A DNA stretch of 64,000 nucleotides from a bacterium (GTDB lineage: Bacteria; Patescibacteriota; Saccharimonadia; Saccharimonadales; Saccharimonadaceae), in assembly GCA_030429445.1 (NCBI GenBank), contig JAUIFG010000003.1:9099-73098 (forward strand). Direction: 5' to 3'. Both the position numbers and the translations under genes were made by a program. The number at the start of each line of letters is the position of its first letter. The first letter of the stretch is position 1. The notes under the pieces were generated by a model. That model did not search any database. It was not told the DNA's origin and saw only the letters and a program-made list of their open reading frames with translations. Shown here piece by piece: positions 52,679 through 62,933 of this stretch.

Positions 52679-53746
52679 ATGCCAAAAATTGAACTGAACG
52701 TAGACGAACTAAACGCCGAAAAGGAAGAAATCGGTGAATTTTTGACATCTCCTAACGCCTACAACGACCCCGACTTTACTGCAAAAAACAAACGATTTAC
52801 CGAACTCGAAAACATTATTGAAAAAGTCTCGCTGAATGATACCCTTGAACAACAACTTACTGAAGCACGAGAACTTGCCAATGGCAACGATGAGTTAGCT
52901 GAGCTCGCAAAATTAGAGGTCGCCGAGACAGAAAAAAAGCTTGCCACCCTTGAAGATGAGCTCTTCGTCATGCTGACTCCGCGTGATCCAAACGATGACA
53001 AGAACGTTATCGTCGAAATTCGTGCTGGCGCTGGAGGTGACGAAGCAAGCTTATTTGCAGCTGAACTCTATCGAATGTACCTACGTTACTGCGAAGCGCA
53101 TGATCTAAAAACTGAGCTAATAAGTGAAAGTGCGAATGATACCGGTGGTTACAAAGAAGTTATTTTTAAAATCGTTGGCGACTCACCGTATGCACGGCTG
53201 AAGTTTGAAAGTGGCGTTCATCGCGTACAACGCATTCCAGCCACTGAATCCCAGGGGCGCATTCACACCAGTACTGTGACCGTTGCCGTTTTGCCGGAAG
53301 CCGAAGAAACAGATGTTGAAATTAATCCATCGGATCTACGTATCGATATTTATCGTGCCAGTGGCCATGGTGGTCAGTCAGTTAACACGACAGATAGTGC
53401 CGTGCGTATTACCCATTTACCGAGTGGCATGGTCGTCACGAATCAAGATGAAAAGTCACAAATAAAAAACAAAGACAAGGCCATGAGCGTCCTTCGTAGT
53501 CGCCTATTGCAGCAAAAAATTGACGAAGAAAATGCTAAGCTCGATGCCGAACGCCGAGGATTAATTGGTACTGGCGATCGTTCGGAAAAAATCCGCACCT
53601 ACAACTTCCCCCAAGACCGCATCACTGACCATCGTATCGGGTACAGTCGTAGTGCCATCCCATCTGCGATGAATGGTCAAATAGATGATTTAATTGAGCA
53701 TTTGCAAGCCTACGAACGCGAGCTTGCTGCCAAAAATGCAGCTTAA
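52679..53746 (+). CDS. prfA: Peptide chain release factor 1
   Basis: PAT tripeptide (RIPATES) and GGQ ([21 protein letters not shown]). Confidence 0.93.
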   Translation: MPKIELNVDELNAEKEEIGEFLTSPNAYNDPDFTAKNKRFTELENIIEKVSLNDTLEQQLTEARELANGNDELAELAKLEVAETEKKLATLEDELFVMLTPRDPNDDKNVIVEIRAGAGGDEASLFAAELYRMYLRYCEAHDLKTELISESANDTGGYKEVIFKIVGDSPYARLKFESGVHRVQRIPATESQGRIHTSTVTVAVLPEAEETDVEINPSDLRIDIYRASGHGGQSVNTTDSAVRITHLPSGMVVTNQDEKSQIKNKDKAMSVLRSRLLQQKIDEENAKLDAERRGLIGTGDRSEKIRTYNFPQDRITDHRIGYSRSAIPSAMNGQIDDLIEHLQAYERELAAKNAA

Positions 53747-53819
53747 AGATTCCTTCCTTTACACTTGATATTATCCAGACTGCTTTGCGATTTTTTAACA
53801 GAGGTGAGATAATAAGGCC

Positions 53820-54641
53820 ATGAGTATAGATGAGTGGCTCGCCATGGCGACCAAGGAACTATCAAGCACAGGTATCCCCTCTGCCAGGCTCGATGCGGAA
53901 CTCATTTTGTCACATACCATCCGCAAACCAAGGACATATCTACACGCACACAATAGTGAAACCATCGAGAGCAATCGTAAAGAAGTTGCCGATGCACGCC
54001 TGCGAATGCGCCTGGAACGCACTCCTATTGCCTACATTGTTGGACACAAGGAGTTCTACGGTCGACACTTCAAAACCACCCCTGCAGCCCTTATTCCCCG
54101 TCCGGAGTCAGAGACAATCATCGAACTATTGAAAGAAATCGTTCCGAAAAGCAATCGAACTTTATCAAAAATTCATCTAATCGATGTCGGCACAGGCACG
54201 GGCTGCTTGGGAATCAGCGCCAAATTAGAGTGGCCAGAACTCGACGTCACCCTCACCGACACGAGCCAACACGCCCTCAACTTAGCTCACAAAAATGCAG
54301 ATTTACTAGGTGCTGAAGTCCATTTTCTCAGAAATAATCTACTACGTGGCTTGACTGCTCCGATTGATATTATTATTGCTAATCTGCCTTACGTTGATCG
54401 TATCTGGGACATCTCGCCAGAAACAAACAACGAGCCAGATGACGCCCTTTTCGCGCACGACGGAGGTCTTGCCTTAATATTCCAACTAATCGAACAAGCA
54501 TCTCAGATACTTAAACCTGGCGGACACTTGCTACTTGAGTCAGACAAACGTCAACAATCTGACATCATCACATTTGCAAAGAAACACACCTTTGAACATC
54601 GCAAGACATCTGATTTGATCACATATTTTGTTCACGCATAA
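53820..54641 (+). CDS. prmC: Release-factor glutamine N5-methyltransferase (HemK/PrmC)
   Basis: PIAYIVGHKEFYG, IDVGTGTGCLGI, and ANLPYV as a variant of NPPY. It lies directly downstream of prfA. Confidence 0.85.
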   Translation: MSIDEWLAMATKELSSTGIPSARLDAELILSHTIRKPRTYLHAHNSETIESNRKEVADARLRMRLERTPIAYIVGHKEFYGRHFKTTPAALIPRPESETIIELLKEIVPKSNRTLSKIHLIDVGTGTGCLGISAKLEWPELDVTLTDTSQHALNLAHKNADLLGAEVHFLRNNLLRGLTAPIDIIIANLPYVDRIWDISPETNNEPDDALFAHDGGLALIFQLIEQASQILKPGGHLLLESDKRQQSDIITFAKKHTFEHRKTSDLITYFVHA

Positions 54642-54650
54642 CAAGTCAGT

Positions 54651-55847
54651 TTACTGACCATATGTTTCAAGAGTTGCTTTCACGACTTGCTCATCACCAT
54701 CTCTCAGCAAAGTGATCTCGACCGTCTCGCCGGTTGCATATTCAGATACAAGTGATGCTACACTACCTTTATCACCAACCGCCAATCCACCAATTTTAAT
54801 AATAATGTCACCGTCCTTAATGCCAGCCTTTTGGGCGGGACTATCACCAATGACACTCTGCCCTTTTTCGGCAAAAACATATGCACCCTTCTTGACTGGT
54901 AATTCATATTCTTTTGCCACTTCGGGATTAATTGTAATATAATTAATGCCTAGATATGCTCGTGCGATCTTACCGCTACTCTTAAGATGCTTAATGATTC
55001 CCTTTGCAGAATTAATCGGTATCGAAAATCCGATGCTCTGTGCGTCCTCGGCAATTGCTGTATTAACACCAATCACCTGACCGCTTAGGTTGACTAGTGG
55101 ACCGCCAGAATTACCTGGATTGATAGCAGCATCTGTTTGCAATAAGTCAGTGAGAGCCTCCACCTTACTGCCTTCTTTTGCATAAATAGGACGTCCAGTG
55201 CCAGAGATAATTCCACTTGTCACTGTATTTTGAAACTCACCAAGTGAATTACCAACTGCTACAACCGTTTGACCAATACGAACTGTACTGGAATCACCAA
55301 GCTTTGCTGGTTTTAAATTTTTTACACCACTAATCTTTAAAAATGCTAAATCATTGAGAGGATCCTTTCCGGCCACCTTCACATTTTCATACACTGTGCC
55401 ATCGCTCAAAATAACTGACAGCTGCCCACTATCCGAAACCACGTGCTTGTTCGTCAATATCCATCCGTCATTTGTCAAGATAATACCACTCCCAGCACCC
55501 TCTTCAACCTGATTGCCAAACAACGACCCTCTTTGCTCGGTAGTAATAATTGAAACCACACTCGCACTAATCTTTTCAACTACTCCAGAGATGTTACCTA
55601 CTTCGCCATTAACAATTGCGTTACCATCGCTAGTACGGTCAACGACTGTTGTAGGCGGATAAAGCTGAAAAGCGACGTATCCCCCGCCTAGCCCAGCACC
55701 AAAACACAAAGCCAATATTAAAAACAAAAGCGAACCGTAGCGCACCTTATGCGAAGGCTTCGATACTTTACTTACTACCGATTCTTGCCCATCTTGTTTC
55801 ATAAATTGCTGATCCACCTTAAATTCCCGATATTGCTTATGAGACAC
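54651..55847 (-). CDS. HtrA/DegP-family serine protease with one PDZ domain
   Basis: N-terminal TM. Catalytic His/Asp/Ser contexts TNKHVV, DLAFLK and GNSGGPLVN. C-terminal PDZ (GIKDGDIIIKIGG). Confidence 0.85.
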   Translation of the reverse strand: MSHKQYREFKVDQQFMKQDGQESVVSKVSKPSHKVRYGSLLFLILALCFGAGLGGGYVAFQLYPPTTVVDRTSDGNAIVNGEVGNISGVVEKISASVVSIITTEQRGSLFGNQVEEGAGSGIILTNDGWILTNKHVVSDSGQLSVILSDGTVYENVKVAGKDPLNDLAFLKISGVKNLKPAKLGDSSTVRIGQTVVAVGNSLGEFQNTVTSGIISGTGRPIYAKEGSKVEALTDLLQTDAAINPGNSGGPLVNLSGQVIGVNTAIAEDAQSIGFSIPINSAKGIIKHLKSSGKIARAYLGINYITINPEVAKEYELPVKKGAYVFAEKGQSVIGDSPAQKAGIKDGDIIIKIGGLAVGDKGSVASLVSEYATGETVEITLLRDGDEQVVKATLETYGQ

Positions 55848-56637
55848 CTATAGCTGCCTGATTAAACGGCGTGTATAACATTACAATGAGTACAGCGATG
55901 AGGAGAAGTACTGGTAATAATACGTCGTTTCTACGTATTTTATCGTGGTGATGATATGAATTATAAACACGCTCTGCAACAAAACTAAATCCCAATAGAA
56001 TAAGGGCTACTTGTGGCAGCTTTAGACCAGCAGCGGATGGAAGCGTATACGCAATCGTCCAATGATACGTTATCCAACCAATTTCTGCTGCAACAAATCC
56101 CCACGCCAGACTGAGAAACCGAAGGCTCTCGTCAGAGTACGAAGCAAGCACGTGTCGCGCGCTTGTGTATCCTATCAACCACATACCTATTACGACAAGA
56201 CTAGAAGGCCATTCATAAGACACGCTCGCAAGCGCCATAGTCCCTACAAAAATTGCAATTCCAGCCTGAATAGCAATTGCTCGTCGATTACCCCGAGGCT
56301 TTATAACCAATAACCACACCGCATAAAGAGATGCAAGAATTGCCTGCACAATAAGTCCCTGCAAGCTCTCTGCCTGTCCTGCGAGGAATATCAGCAGCAC
56401 GACGCTCACGCTCACAAGAATATCCACCATGTTTACTTCAATATGCGTAAACCAGTATCGTGGACGAACCGCTAGCACGCGCCATTTACTAAGTAATACG
56501 ATAGCTAATCCCAACCAGGGCGAACCAGTCGCCCATACCGCAGCTAACACGGCAAGCGCGAGTCCAATATTGAGCAAGATATAAACCGACTCGCTAAGAA
56601 ACGACCCCCGTCTTTTTACAACTCGCAGAAATTCCAT
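55837..56637 (-). CDS. Polytopic membrane protein, unknown function
   Basis: 266 aa with about 8 hydrophobic helices. Overlaps the HtrA-like gene by 11 nt. Confidence 0.5.
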   Translation of the reverse strand: MEFLRVVKRRGSFLSESVYILLNIGLALAVLAAVWATGSPWLGLAIVLLSKWRVLAVRPRYWFTHIEVNMVDILVSVSVVLLIFLAGQAESLQGLIVQAILASLYAVWLLVIKPRGNRRAIAIQAGIAIFVGTMALASVSYEWPSSLVVIGMWLIGYTSARHVLASYSDESLRFLSLAWGFVAAEIGWITYHWTIAYTLPSAAGLKLPQVALILLGFSFVAERVYNSYHHHDKIRRNDVLLPVLLLIAVLIVMLYTPFNQAAIGVS

Positions 56638-56657
56638 ACTTCTACTAGTATATCATG

Positions 56658-58310
56658 TTAGTTGCTGCTTGTGTTTTTAGGCGGCTCTGGTCCTATTATC
56701 AATACAAATTTAATAGTTGAATCAACAGTAATCGGTGGATCACCCTTCGTAATTTTTACTCCATACCGTTTTTGTAGCTTTGATGATGTGCCACTATTGC
56801 CGCTACCAATCTTGTACAAAGTATACTGCTTATAACTACCGGCCGGCGCATCACCAGCGTAGGATACCGTGAATTTAGCAGCCTTAAGTAATTCCGACTC
56901 TTTCGTTGCAACGCCCGCTACATTTGAGCCGTTCAGGACAACGATTGGCGCAGCTTCACGAACAACTGGATTTGACGATAGTTTTTGCTTGATTAAGGCT
57001 CTTAGCTGGTCGTAATTAAACACCCCTGCACTTGGTATAACAGCGCTCACCCCATTGATACTACCTGTCGTCATGACAGGGTTATCGCCATCAATAAGAC
57101 TAATCGATTTGATATCCTCGCTCTTGATTTCTTGAGCTAATGCAACAAGCGTGCGAAACTCCTTGAAATCAAATGTTGTGCGCAGATTTTTGCCAAGTGC
57201 ATCGATGATTGCACTGACCTTCTTGAAATCACTCAAAACACCGACACTAACCGCCTTTTCCCGCAATGCCTTGATGATCTTTTGCTGATTCTTCTCTCGA
57301 TCAAAATTAGACTGCTCAAAGCCATACGTTGGCGCACGATCACCCCGTGCTTGTGCAAGATACAGTGCATGCTCGGCATCTAGCTTTACAGGGCCATTCG
57401 GATAATCAATAAAGTGTCCATTCGGCGGGCACCGCTTGATACGTTCAGCATACGAAGATCCACACTTCCAATCAAAATTACTATCCATCTGCCCATTGGG
57501 ATGACGACTGTCTATTGTTACGGTGATGCTACCCCCAACAGCATTCACCAGTTCACGCATAACCGTATAGTTCACGTTAATACCGTATTGAACCTGGAGA
57601 CCAAAAATTTTACCAACAAAACCTGCCTCCTTAGTCAAAGCTTTTCTATCATGGGCAACGCCTGTTCCTTCATGAGCACAACCATAGTATTCATTTATTT
57701 TACCTTGGTAGCCAGCATTACACGCCCTGCCGTACTCTACATACAAATCACGTGGAATACTGATCATGAATGCGTCTTTTGTTGTTTGATTCAAACTGAG
57801 AATCATCATTGAATCGGTCAAACTTGCACCTTGATGACCAGGATCGTCCTCGGACGTACCAACAATCAATATATTACTGCGACCATTAGCATCCTGCTTT
57901 AGGGGAACTGTCTGAAATATCTCAAATACATTGCCCTGAAAGACATTTGACCCTGCAATAAATGCCCGAATTCCAAAAAATATTCCAAAGCCAATCACTA
58001 CTACCAGTAATAGTAGTAGTGAGAGTTTGACCCACTTTTTACGAAGGAATTTTGGCATCAACCGTCGGCGTTGTTTTTTCTTTGGCTCCTTTTGATCTTC
58101 ATCATCAATGCCATTTAATGACTCGTCAATTTCATTCCTATCGATACTACCCAAACCTTTCAATGTTGTTGGGGCGGTTTTTTTCTCAGGTTTGTCATTA
58201 TCAACACTCGCAAACTCTTCTGGATTTTTTTCACCACCAATAGTACCTCCAACCTTTCGCTTTGGTCGGCGAGGTACAAATCCTTCAAGTGACGTCTGTT
58301 TTTTACCCAT
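56658..58310 (-). CDS. LytR-CpsA-Psr (LCP) family cell-wall glycopolymer transferase
   Basis: Basic N-terminal tail, one TM, then NILIVGTSEDD...SLTDSMMILSLN...ISIPRDLYV as the LCP core. Confidence 0.8.
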   Translation of the reverse strand: MGKKQTSLEGFVPRRPKRKVGGTIGGEKNPEEFASVDNDKPEKKTAPTTLKGLGSIDRNEIDESLNGIDDEDQKEPKKKQRRRLMPKFLRKKWVKLSLLLLLVVVIGFGIFFGIRAFIAGSNVFQGNVFEIFQTVPLKQDANGRSNILIVGTSEDDPGHQGASLTDSMMILSLNQTTKDAFMISIPRDLYVEYGRACNAGYQGKINEYYGCAHEGTGVAHDRKALTKEAGFVGKIFGLQVQYGINVNYTVMRELVNAVGGSITVTIDSRHPNGQMDSNFDWKCGSSYAERIKRCPPNGHFIDYPNGPVKLDAEHALYLAQARGDRAPTYGFEQSNFDREKNQQKIIKALREKAVSVGVLSDFKKVSAIIDALGKNLRTTFDFKEFRTLVALAQEIKSEDIKSISLIDGDNPVMTTGSINGVSAVIPSAGVFNYDQLRALIKQKLSSNPVVREAAPIVVLNGSNVAGVATKESELLKAAKFTVSYAGDAPAGSYKQYTLYKIGSGNSGTSSKLQKRYGVKITKGDPPITVDSTIKFVLIIGPEPPKNTSSN

Positions 58311-58400
58311 AGATACTCAGTATACTATACAGAATTATTACGCTTAAGACTAGTTTGATTCGCTAGTATATTCATCTTGCTTGAGGTATAGTGAATTGGA

Positions 58401-59003
58401 ATGGTACGAACATTTATCGAACGACATCCTTGGTTAAAAGATGCAGGAGGGTTGCTGTTGTTTGCCGTTGCCGTCCTAGTAGGTACGATCCTTATCAATA
58501 CCTATGTTTTTCGTAGCTTTAACGTTGAAGGCCCGAGCATGGAAACGACTCTTTCTACGGGCGATCGCCTGATAGTAAATCGCCTTCCTGTCACCTGGGC
58601 GCAACTGCAAAATACCGAATATATTCCAGAACGCGGCCAAATCATCGTCTTTAAAAACCCCCGCTATACAATCGGAAGCCCCGATGAGTACATCGTCAAA
58701 CGTGTCATAGGCCTGCCCGGTGAAAAGGTTGCTCTCAAGGACGGGCATTTCACTGTCTATAACAACGCTCATCCAGAGGGATTCAATCCGGATGACACGA
58801 ACAACAAAGAACCAGGCAGTCCAACATCAGGTACCGAAAAAGAGGTTATCGTACCAGATGAAACCCTCTACGTAGCCGGTGATCACCGTACAGGTAATTA
58901 TTCTTTTGACTCTCGCAATGGTCTTGGATTTATACCTCTTTACGACATTGTCGGTCCAGTGAGTGCTCGACTACTCCCAATCACTGGCCTACGCGGATTC
59001 TAG
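58401..59003 (+). CDS. lepB: Signal peptidase I
   Basis: GPSMETTL (catalytic Ser), KRVIGLPGE (Lys box) and GDHRTGNYSFDSR. Confidence 0.85.
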   Translation: MVRTFIERHPWLKDAGGLLLFAVAVLVGTILINTYVFRSFNVEGPSMETTLSTGDRLIVNRLPVTWAQLQNTEYIPERGQIIVFKNPRYTIGSPDEYIVKRVIGLPGEKVALKDGHFTVYNNAHPEGFNPDDTNNKEPGSPTSGTEKEVIVPDETLYVAGDHRTGNYSFDSRNGLGFIPLYDIVGPVSARLLPITGLRGF

Positions 59004-59881
59004 TCATCACCGAGTAAATTGGTTAATCTACCCAAGTCTTTTTCATTTTCGAATCGTATAACAATGGTGCCTGACCCTTTTGAATTTGATCGAATCTGCA
59101 CCGTCGCCCCCAGGTGCTTGGTGAGCTTGTCTGCAGTAGGCGTGTGATAGGATCGCTCCGAAAACGCAGTTGAGTCCGTTTTTTTTGCCTTTTTCATATC
59201 AACAACAAACTGCTCAATCTTTCGCGCGCTCCACTCTTCGGCAATGATCTTTGGTAAGATTTGCTCGACCATGTCTGGATCGGCGCTTACAAGTGGCCGT
59301 GCCTGCCCCTCAGTGAGCCTTCCTTCTCGAATCGCCTTCTTGACACTATCGGGTAGACGTAAAAGCCGCAAAACGTTGCTCACGGCGCTGATAGACTTTC
59401 CACCTACGCGCGCACCAATCTGCTCAAGTGACATGTTGAACTGATCGCGTAATTTGAGGTAAGCAGTCGCTGTTTCAAGTACATTCAAGTCGCGACGCTG
59501 TATGTTCTCTATCAAAGATACTTCGAGTCTGCGCTGATCATCGAGTGAACGAACAAGTGCGGGAATTTTTTGCAACCCTGCCCTTTTTGCACCTCGGAAT
59601 CGACGCTCACCGGCAACAATTTCGTACGAACCATCTTTTGGCATAACAATGATCGGCTGAATAACACCGTGCTCCTTGATTGATTCGGCCATTTCTTCCA
59701 ATGCACTCTCGTCGAACGTCCGACGCGGCTGATCGGGGTTTACCTTGATCTGAGACAAGCTAATTTGATGTAATTCACTCAATTTACCATCCTGCGTGGC
59801 CGTTGGATCGAGTGATTCCTCAATGAGATCAGACGGAATCAGCGAATCAAATCCCCTGCCAAGCCCCTTTTTAATACTCAT
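59000..59881 (-). CDS. parB: Chromosome partitioning protein ParB/Spo0J
   Basis: NPDQPRRTFDE, GVIQPIIV, and the GERRFRGAKRAG arginine patch plus HTH. Confidence 0.9.
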   Translation of the reverse strand: MSIKKGLGRGFDSLIPSDLIEESLDPTATQDGKLSELHQISLSQIKVNPDQPRRTFDESALEEMAESIKEHGVIQPIIVMPKDGSYEIVAGERRFRGAKRAGLQKIPALVRSLDDQRRLEVSLIENIQRRDLNVLETATAYLKLRDQFNMSLEQIGARVGGKSISAVSNVLRLLRLPDSVKKAIREGRLTEGQARPLVSADPDMVEQILPKIIAEEWSARKIEQFVVDMKKAKKTDSTAFSERSYHTPTADKLTKHLGATVQIRSNSKGSGTIVIRFENEKDLGRLTNLLGDD

Positions 59882-60648
59882 CTCACCACCTTCAAGCGCT
59901 CTTCAACTTCTTTGGCAACAGCCTTATACGCCCGCGCGCCCTTGCTCCAACGATCGTAGGCGCCGACTGGCACACCATGACTCGGAGCCTCCGCTAGACG
60001 AATGTTTCGTGGGATTGTATTTTGAAATACCTTATCACCAAAATGCTTTTTAATCTCTTGATACACTTGATTGCTTAAAGTGGTACGCGAGTCCATCATC
60101 GTCGGTAAAACGCCCAAAAGCTCAAGACCAGGGTTCATGCCCTTACGTACTAATTTCATTGTTTCTAGTAGTTGTCCTAGGCCTTCGAGAGCATAAAACT
60201 CCGCCTGAACGGGTAAAATAACATACTTGGCAGCAATCAGCCCGTTAACCGTTAGTAGACTCAAGCTTGGCGGACAATCAATAACAACAACATCGTAACC
60301 TTCTACTGATTCCAATGCACTTTTTAGACGAGTAAACTTGTCATTTCCTGAAGCCAATTCTACCTCAACATTTGCCAGATGGGGCGTTGTCGGAAGAATC
60401 GATAAATTCTTGTGACCCGTTGGTCGCACTGCAATTGCCAAGTCTGACGACTGCATCAATACTTCGCCGGTCGTTACGTCCAAGTTATCCTTGTCGATGC
60501 CCAAGCCACTGGTCGCATTTCCCTGTGGATCAAGATCAACCAAAAGTACGTTCTTGCCCGCCTTGGCGAGGTAATAGGCAATATTAATAGCACTGGTTGT
60601 CTTGCCAACTCCACCTTTTTGGTTGGTTGTTGCTATAACAACCGTCAT
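59878..60648 (-). CDS. parA: Chromosome partitioning ATPase ParA/Soj
   Basis: Deviant Walker A NQKGGVGKTT. DCPPSL. Overlaps parB by 4 nt. Confidence 0.9.
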   Translation of the reverse strand: MTVVIATTNQKGGVGKTTSAINIAYYLAKAGKNVLLVDLDPQGNATSGLGIDKDNLDVTTGEVLMQSSDLAIAVRPTGHKNLSILPTTPHLANVEVELASGNDKFTRLKSALESVEGYDVVVIDCPPSLSLLTVNGLIAAKYVILPVQAEFYALEGLGQLLETMKLVRKGMNPGLELLGVLPTMMDSRTTLSNQVYQEIKKHFGDKVFQNTIPRNIRLAEAPSHGVPVGAYDRWSKGARAYKAVAKEVEERLKVVR

Positions 60649-60694
60649 TAGTATTTCCCCTCACTCATTTACTATCATTGTACCATGAGCAAGT

Positions 60695-60725
60695 AAAAAA
60701 TCCCCGCGATGACGGGGATTTTTTA
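60695..60725 (-). terminator. Rho-independent terminator after rplU
   Basis: Stem ATCCCCG / CGGGGAT flanked by an A-run and a T-run. Confidence 0.75.
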
Positions 60726-60729
60726 TCAG

Positions 60730-61035
60730 CTATTTGATCGAAGTGATCTGAATTTCGCTGTACTTCTGGCGATGACCAGTTTCTTTGTGAACACGCTTTT
60801 TTGACTTGTAGCGGATGATGCGAACCTTGTCGCCTTTTACCTCTGCCTCGGTCACTTTTGCGCTTACCTTGACACCCTTGACGAGTGGCGTTCCAACGAC
60901 AGTTTTATCACCATCGATAGTTAGTAGTGCATCAAGTGCGAGCTCTTTTGTTCCATCCGGGAGGCGGTCCACCAGGAGGGTCTCTTTTTCGGCGACAATA
61001 TATTGTTTGCCACCAACCTTGATTACTGCTTTCAT
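60730..61035 (-). CDS. rplU: 50S ribosomal protein L21
   Basis: MKAVIKVGGKQYIVAEKETLLVDRL...RYKSKKRVHKETGHRQKYSEIQI. Confidence 0.9.
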   Translation of the reverse strand: MKAVIKVGGKQYIVAEKETLLVDRLPDGTKELALDALLTIDGDKTVVGTPLVKGVKVSAKVTEAEVKGDKVRIIRYKSKKRVHKETGHRQKYSEIQITSIK

Positions 61036-61101
61036 ATGTTCCTCATATTATTAATACAATCAGTAGTAAATTGTAACAGATATGAGCACTATTTACAAGT
61101 A

Positions 61102-61929
61102 TTACTGGCGTTCGACAATCAACTTATTAGCGTGTAGCCAACCATGAACATTACCGCAATCTAAGTACTCACCAACTGCTGGCACTACCGCTACGGTGAC
61201 CTTGTCTGGAATGGCTTGGCTAATAGGATCAGTAATCATGTACTCTCCCGAGACCTCAAGTTGTGAATAATTATAAATACGCGTCAGCATATCATAGTTC
61301 AGCACATACTTGCTGATATTGATCTGGTTACTTGGTGCTTGATCCACCGAAGGCTTCTCGACAATTGCCTGAAATCCGCCAGTGTCTTCATTAAAATCAA
61401 TCACACCATAACGACTCACTTGTTCCCTCGGAATTTCCACCGAAAGCAAACTATTTCCACCCTCTGGCGTTGCGGCTATAAGGCGCGCTAATTCTGACGA
61501 ACCATCCCTGTTGTAGACAAAATCATCGCCAGTCATCATCACCACAGACTCTTCTTTTTTGAGGTGTGGATATACTAGTGCAGCTGGTATTGCTGTACCA
61601 TACTTATCGTTTGAGTCTTGCTCGATATAATGGAAAACGACTTCGCGTGGTGGACGAGCCAGCTCCATCAAATCCTGTTTTCGGTTATACGTCAGAAACT
61701 GATTGAGCTGCTCGTTATCTGAATAATACTGTTGCAGCTGAGTACTTCCTTTGTTCACAACAAAGAATATCTCTTTAATCCCCGCCTTGATACAATCACG
61801 TACGGCATAATCAACAATGGGGCGGTTACCGACCGGTAACATACACTTTTCGATTGCTTTTGTTATTGGCAGGCGCCGTGTTCCCCAGCCTGCAACGGCG
61901 ATAATTGCTTTTGTGGCAGTTGTAGTCAT
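61102..61929 (-). CDS. galU: Sugar-1-phosphate nucleotidyltransferase, GalU-like (UTP--glucose-1-phosphate uridylyltransferase)
   Basis: AIIAVAGWGTRRLPITKAIEKCMLPVGNRPIVDYAV matches GalU ([26 protein letters not shown]). Confidence 0.65.
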   Translation of the reverse strand: MTTTATKAIIAVAGWGTRRLPITKAIEKCMLPVGNRPIVDYAVRDCIKAGIKEIFFVVNKGSTQLQQYYSDNEQLNQFLTYNRKQDLMELARPPREVVFHYIEQDSNDKYGTAIPAALVYPHLKKEESVVMMTGDDFVYNRDGSSELARLIAATPEGGNSLLSVEIPREQVSRYGVIDFNEDTGGFQAIVEKPSVDQAPSNQINISKYVLNYDMLTRIYNYSQLEVSGEYMITDPISQAIPDKVTVAVVPAVGEYLDCGNVHGWLHANKLIVERQ

Positions 61930-61944
61930 GATTCTCCTAGTATA

Positions 61945-62838
61945 TTAGATTTGTCCGCCCGAGTACACTGCTACCAACACTACTAATATCGCCACCAAGC
62001 CAGTCGCCTTTAGTAGGCCATGATGGTAGCGCCATGTTTGACGTACTGCCAGTGGAAGCTGGCGACGATATGCATGCGCCAACAAAGCCACCATTGAAAC
62101 TATTAGCAACAATAGTATCGAGCTCAAAACTGCTGGTGATAACGACTGAAGCACTACGCCAAATCGCGACATAGCGCTCAAACTACCAAGAGTGGCGCTA
62201 TTCTCTACTGGTGCAACAACCCCCGCAACAGATGACGCGGGACGGCCAAACAATGCAACAACTAATGTTGTTTGCTTATCGTTTAGCACGCCATCAACAA
62301 CCGCAAAGCCAGCCTCTGTATATTGTTGACCTAGGACATTGTCACGATGTTTCTGCGAAGCCATCCATGCAGAAACTGTTGCTGACGCTGACTGAAAATT
62401 CTTCGCTAGGTTCTCGCCAGCAAATGCATAATTATAATCAACTTTACCAAACCACTGCCACGGAGTTGTTCCATCTGGTGAGTTGTGTGCCCAGTATTGT
62501 TTATCCAGCATGTCCTGCGCTTTCAAAAAGGCAGCTTGCGACAATTGTTTGTTGTATCTCAAAACACCCTCCCCCTTACGTGTACGCTCGTCGTTCACGT
62601 TATTTAACAGGCTAGTCGGCGTAATATTGACCTCTGCCCCCAAAACAGAACCTGTCGATAACCAGTTTGATCCAAAAACAAGTGTCGCTACAAGTATCAG
62701 GACCGTGGTGATACCATATCCTCGAACAAGGTGTGGTCGAAATTGATTCTTTGCGTGCGGAACAACCGCCATTTTTACGTGATGGCGAACACGTTTGTGT
62801 ACAGCGACGATTTTTTTTGATCTTTTTGTTTTCTTCAT
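61945..62838 (-). CDS. CAP/SCP-domain protein with N- and C-terminal membrane segments
   Basis: YWAHNSPDGTTPWQWF, GENLAKNF and ASQKHRDNVL are CAP-domain motifs. Hydrophobic helices lie at both ends. Confidence 0.65.
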   Translation of the reverse strand: MKKTKRSKKIVAVHKRVRHHVKMAVVPHAKNQFRPHLVRGYGITTVLILVATLVFGSNWLSTGSVLGAEVNITPTSLLNNVNDERTRKGEGVLRYNKQLSQAAFLKAQDMLDKQYWAHNSPDGTTPWQWFGKVDYNYAFAGENLAKNFQSASATVSAWMASQKHRDNVLGQQYTEAGFAVVDGVLNDKQTTLVVALFGRPASSVAGVVAPVENSATLGSLSAMSRFGVVLQSLSPAVLSSILLLLIVSMVALLAHAYRRQLPLAVRQTWRYHHGLLKATGLVAILVVLVAVYSGGQI

Positions 62839-62877
62839 AATGAATACCGTTTGCGCCTATTATACCGTATTCTTGAT

Positions 62878-62916
62878 AAAAAAAGCGAGAGGCTACTGAT
62901 GGCCTCTCGCTTTTTT
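62878..62916. terminator. Bidirectional rho-independent terminator
   Basis: 9-bp stem GCGAGAGGC / GCCTCTCGC, flanked by AAAAAA and TTTTTT. Confidence 0.8.
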
Positions 62917-62933
62917 ATATTTATTTATTATTT

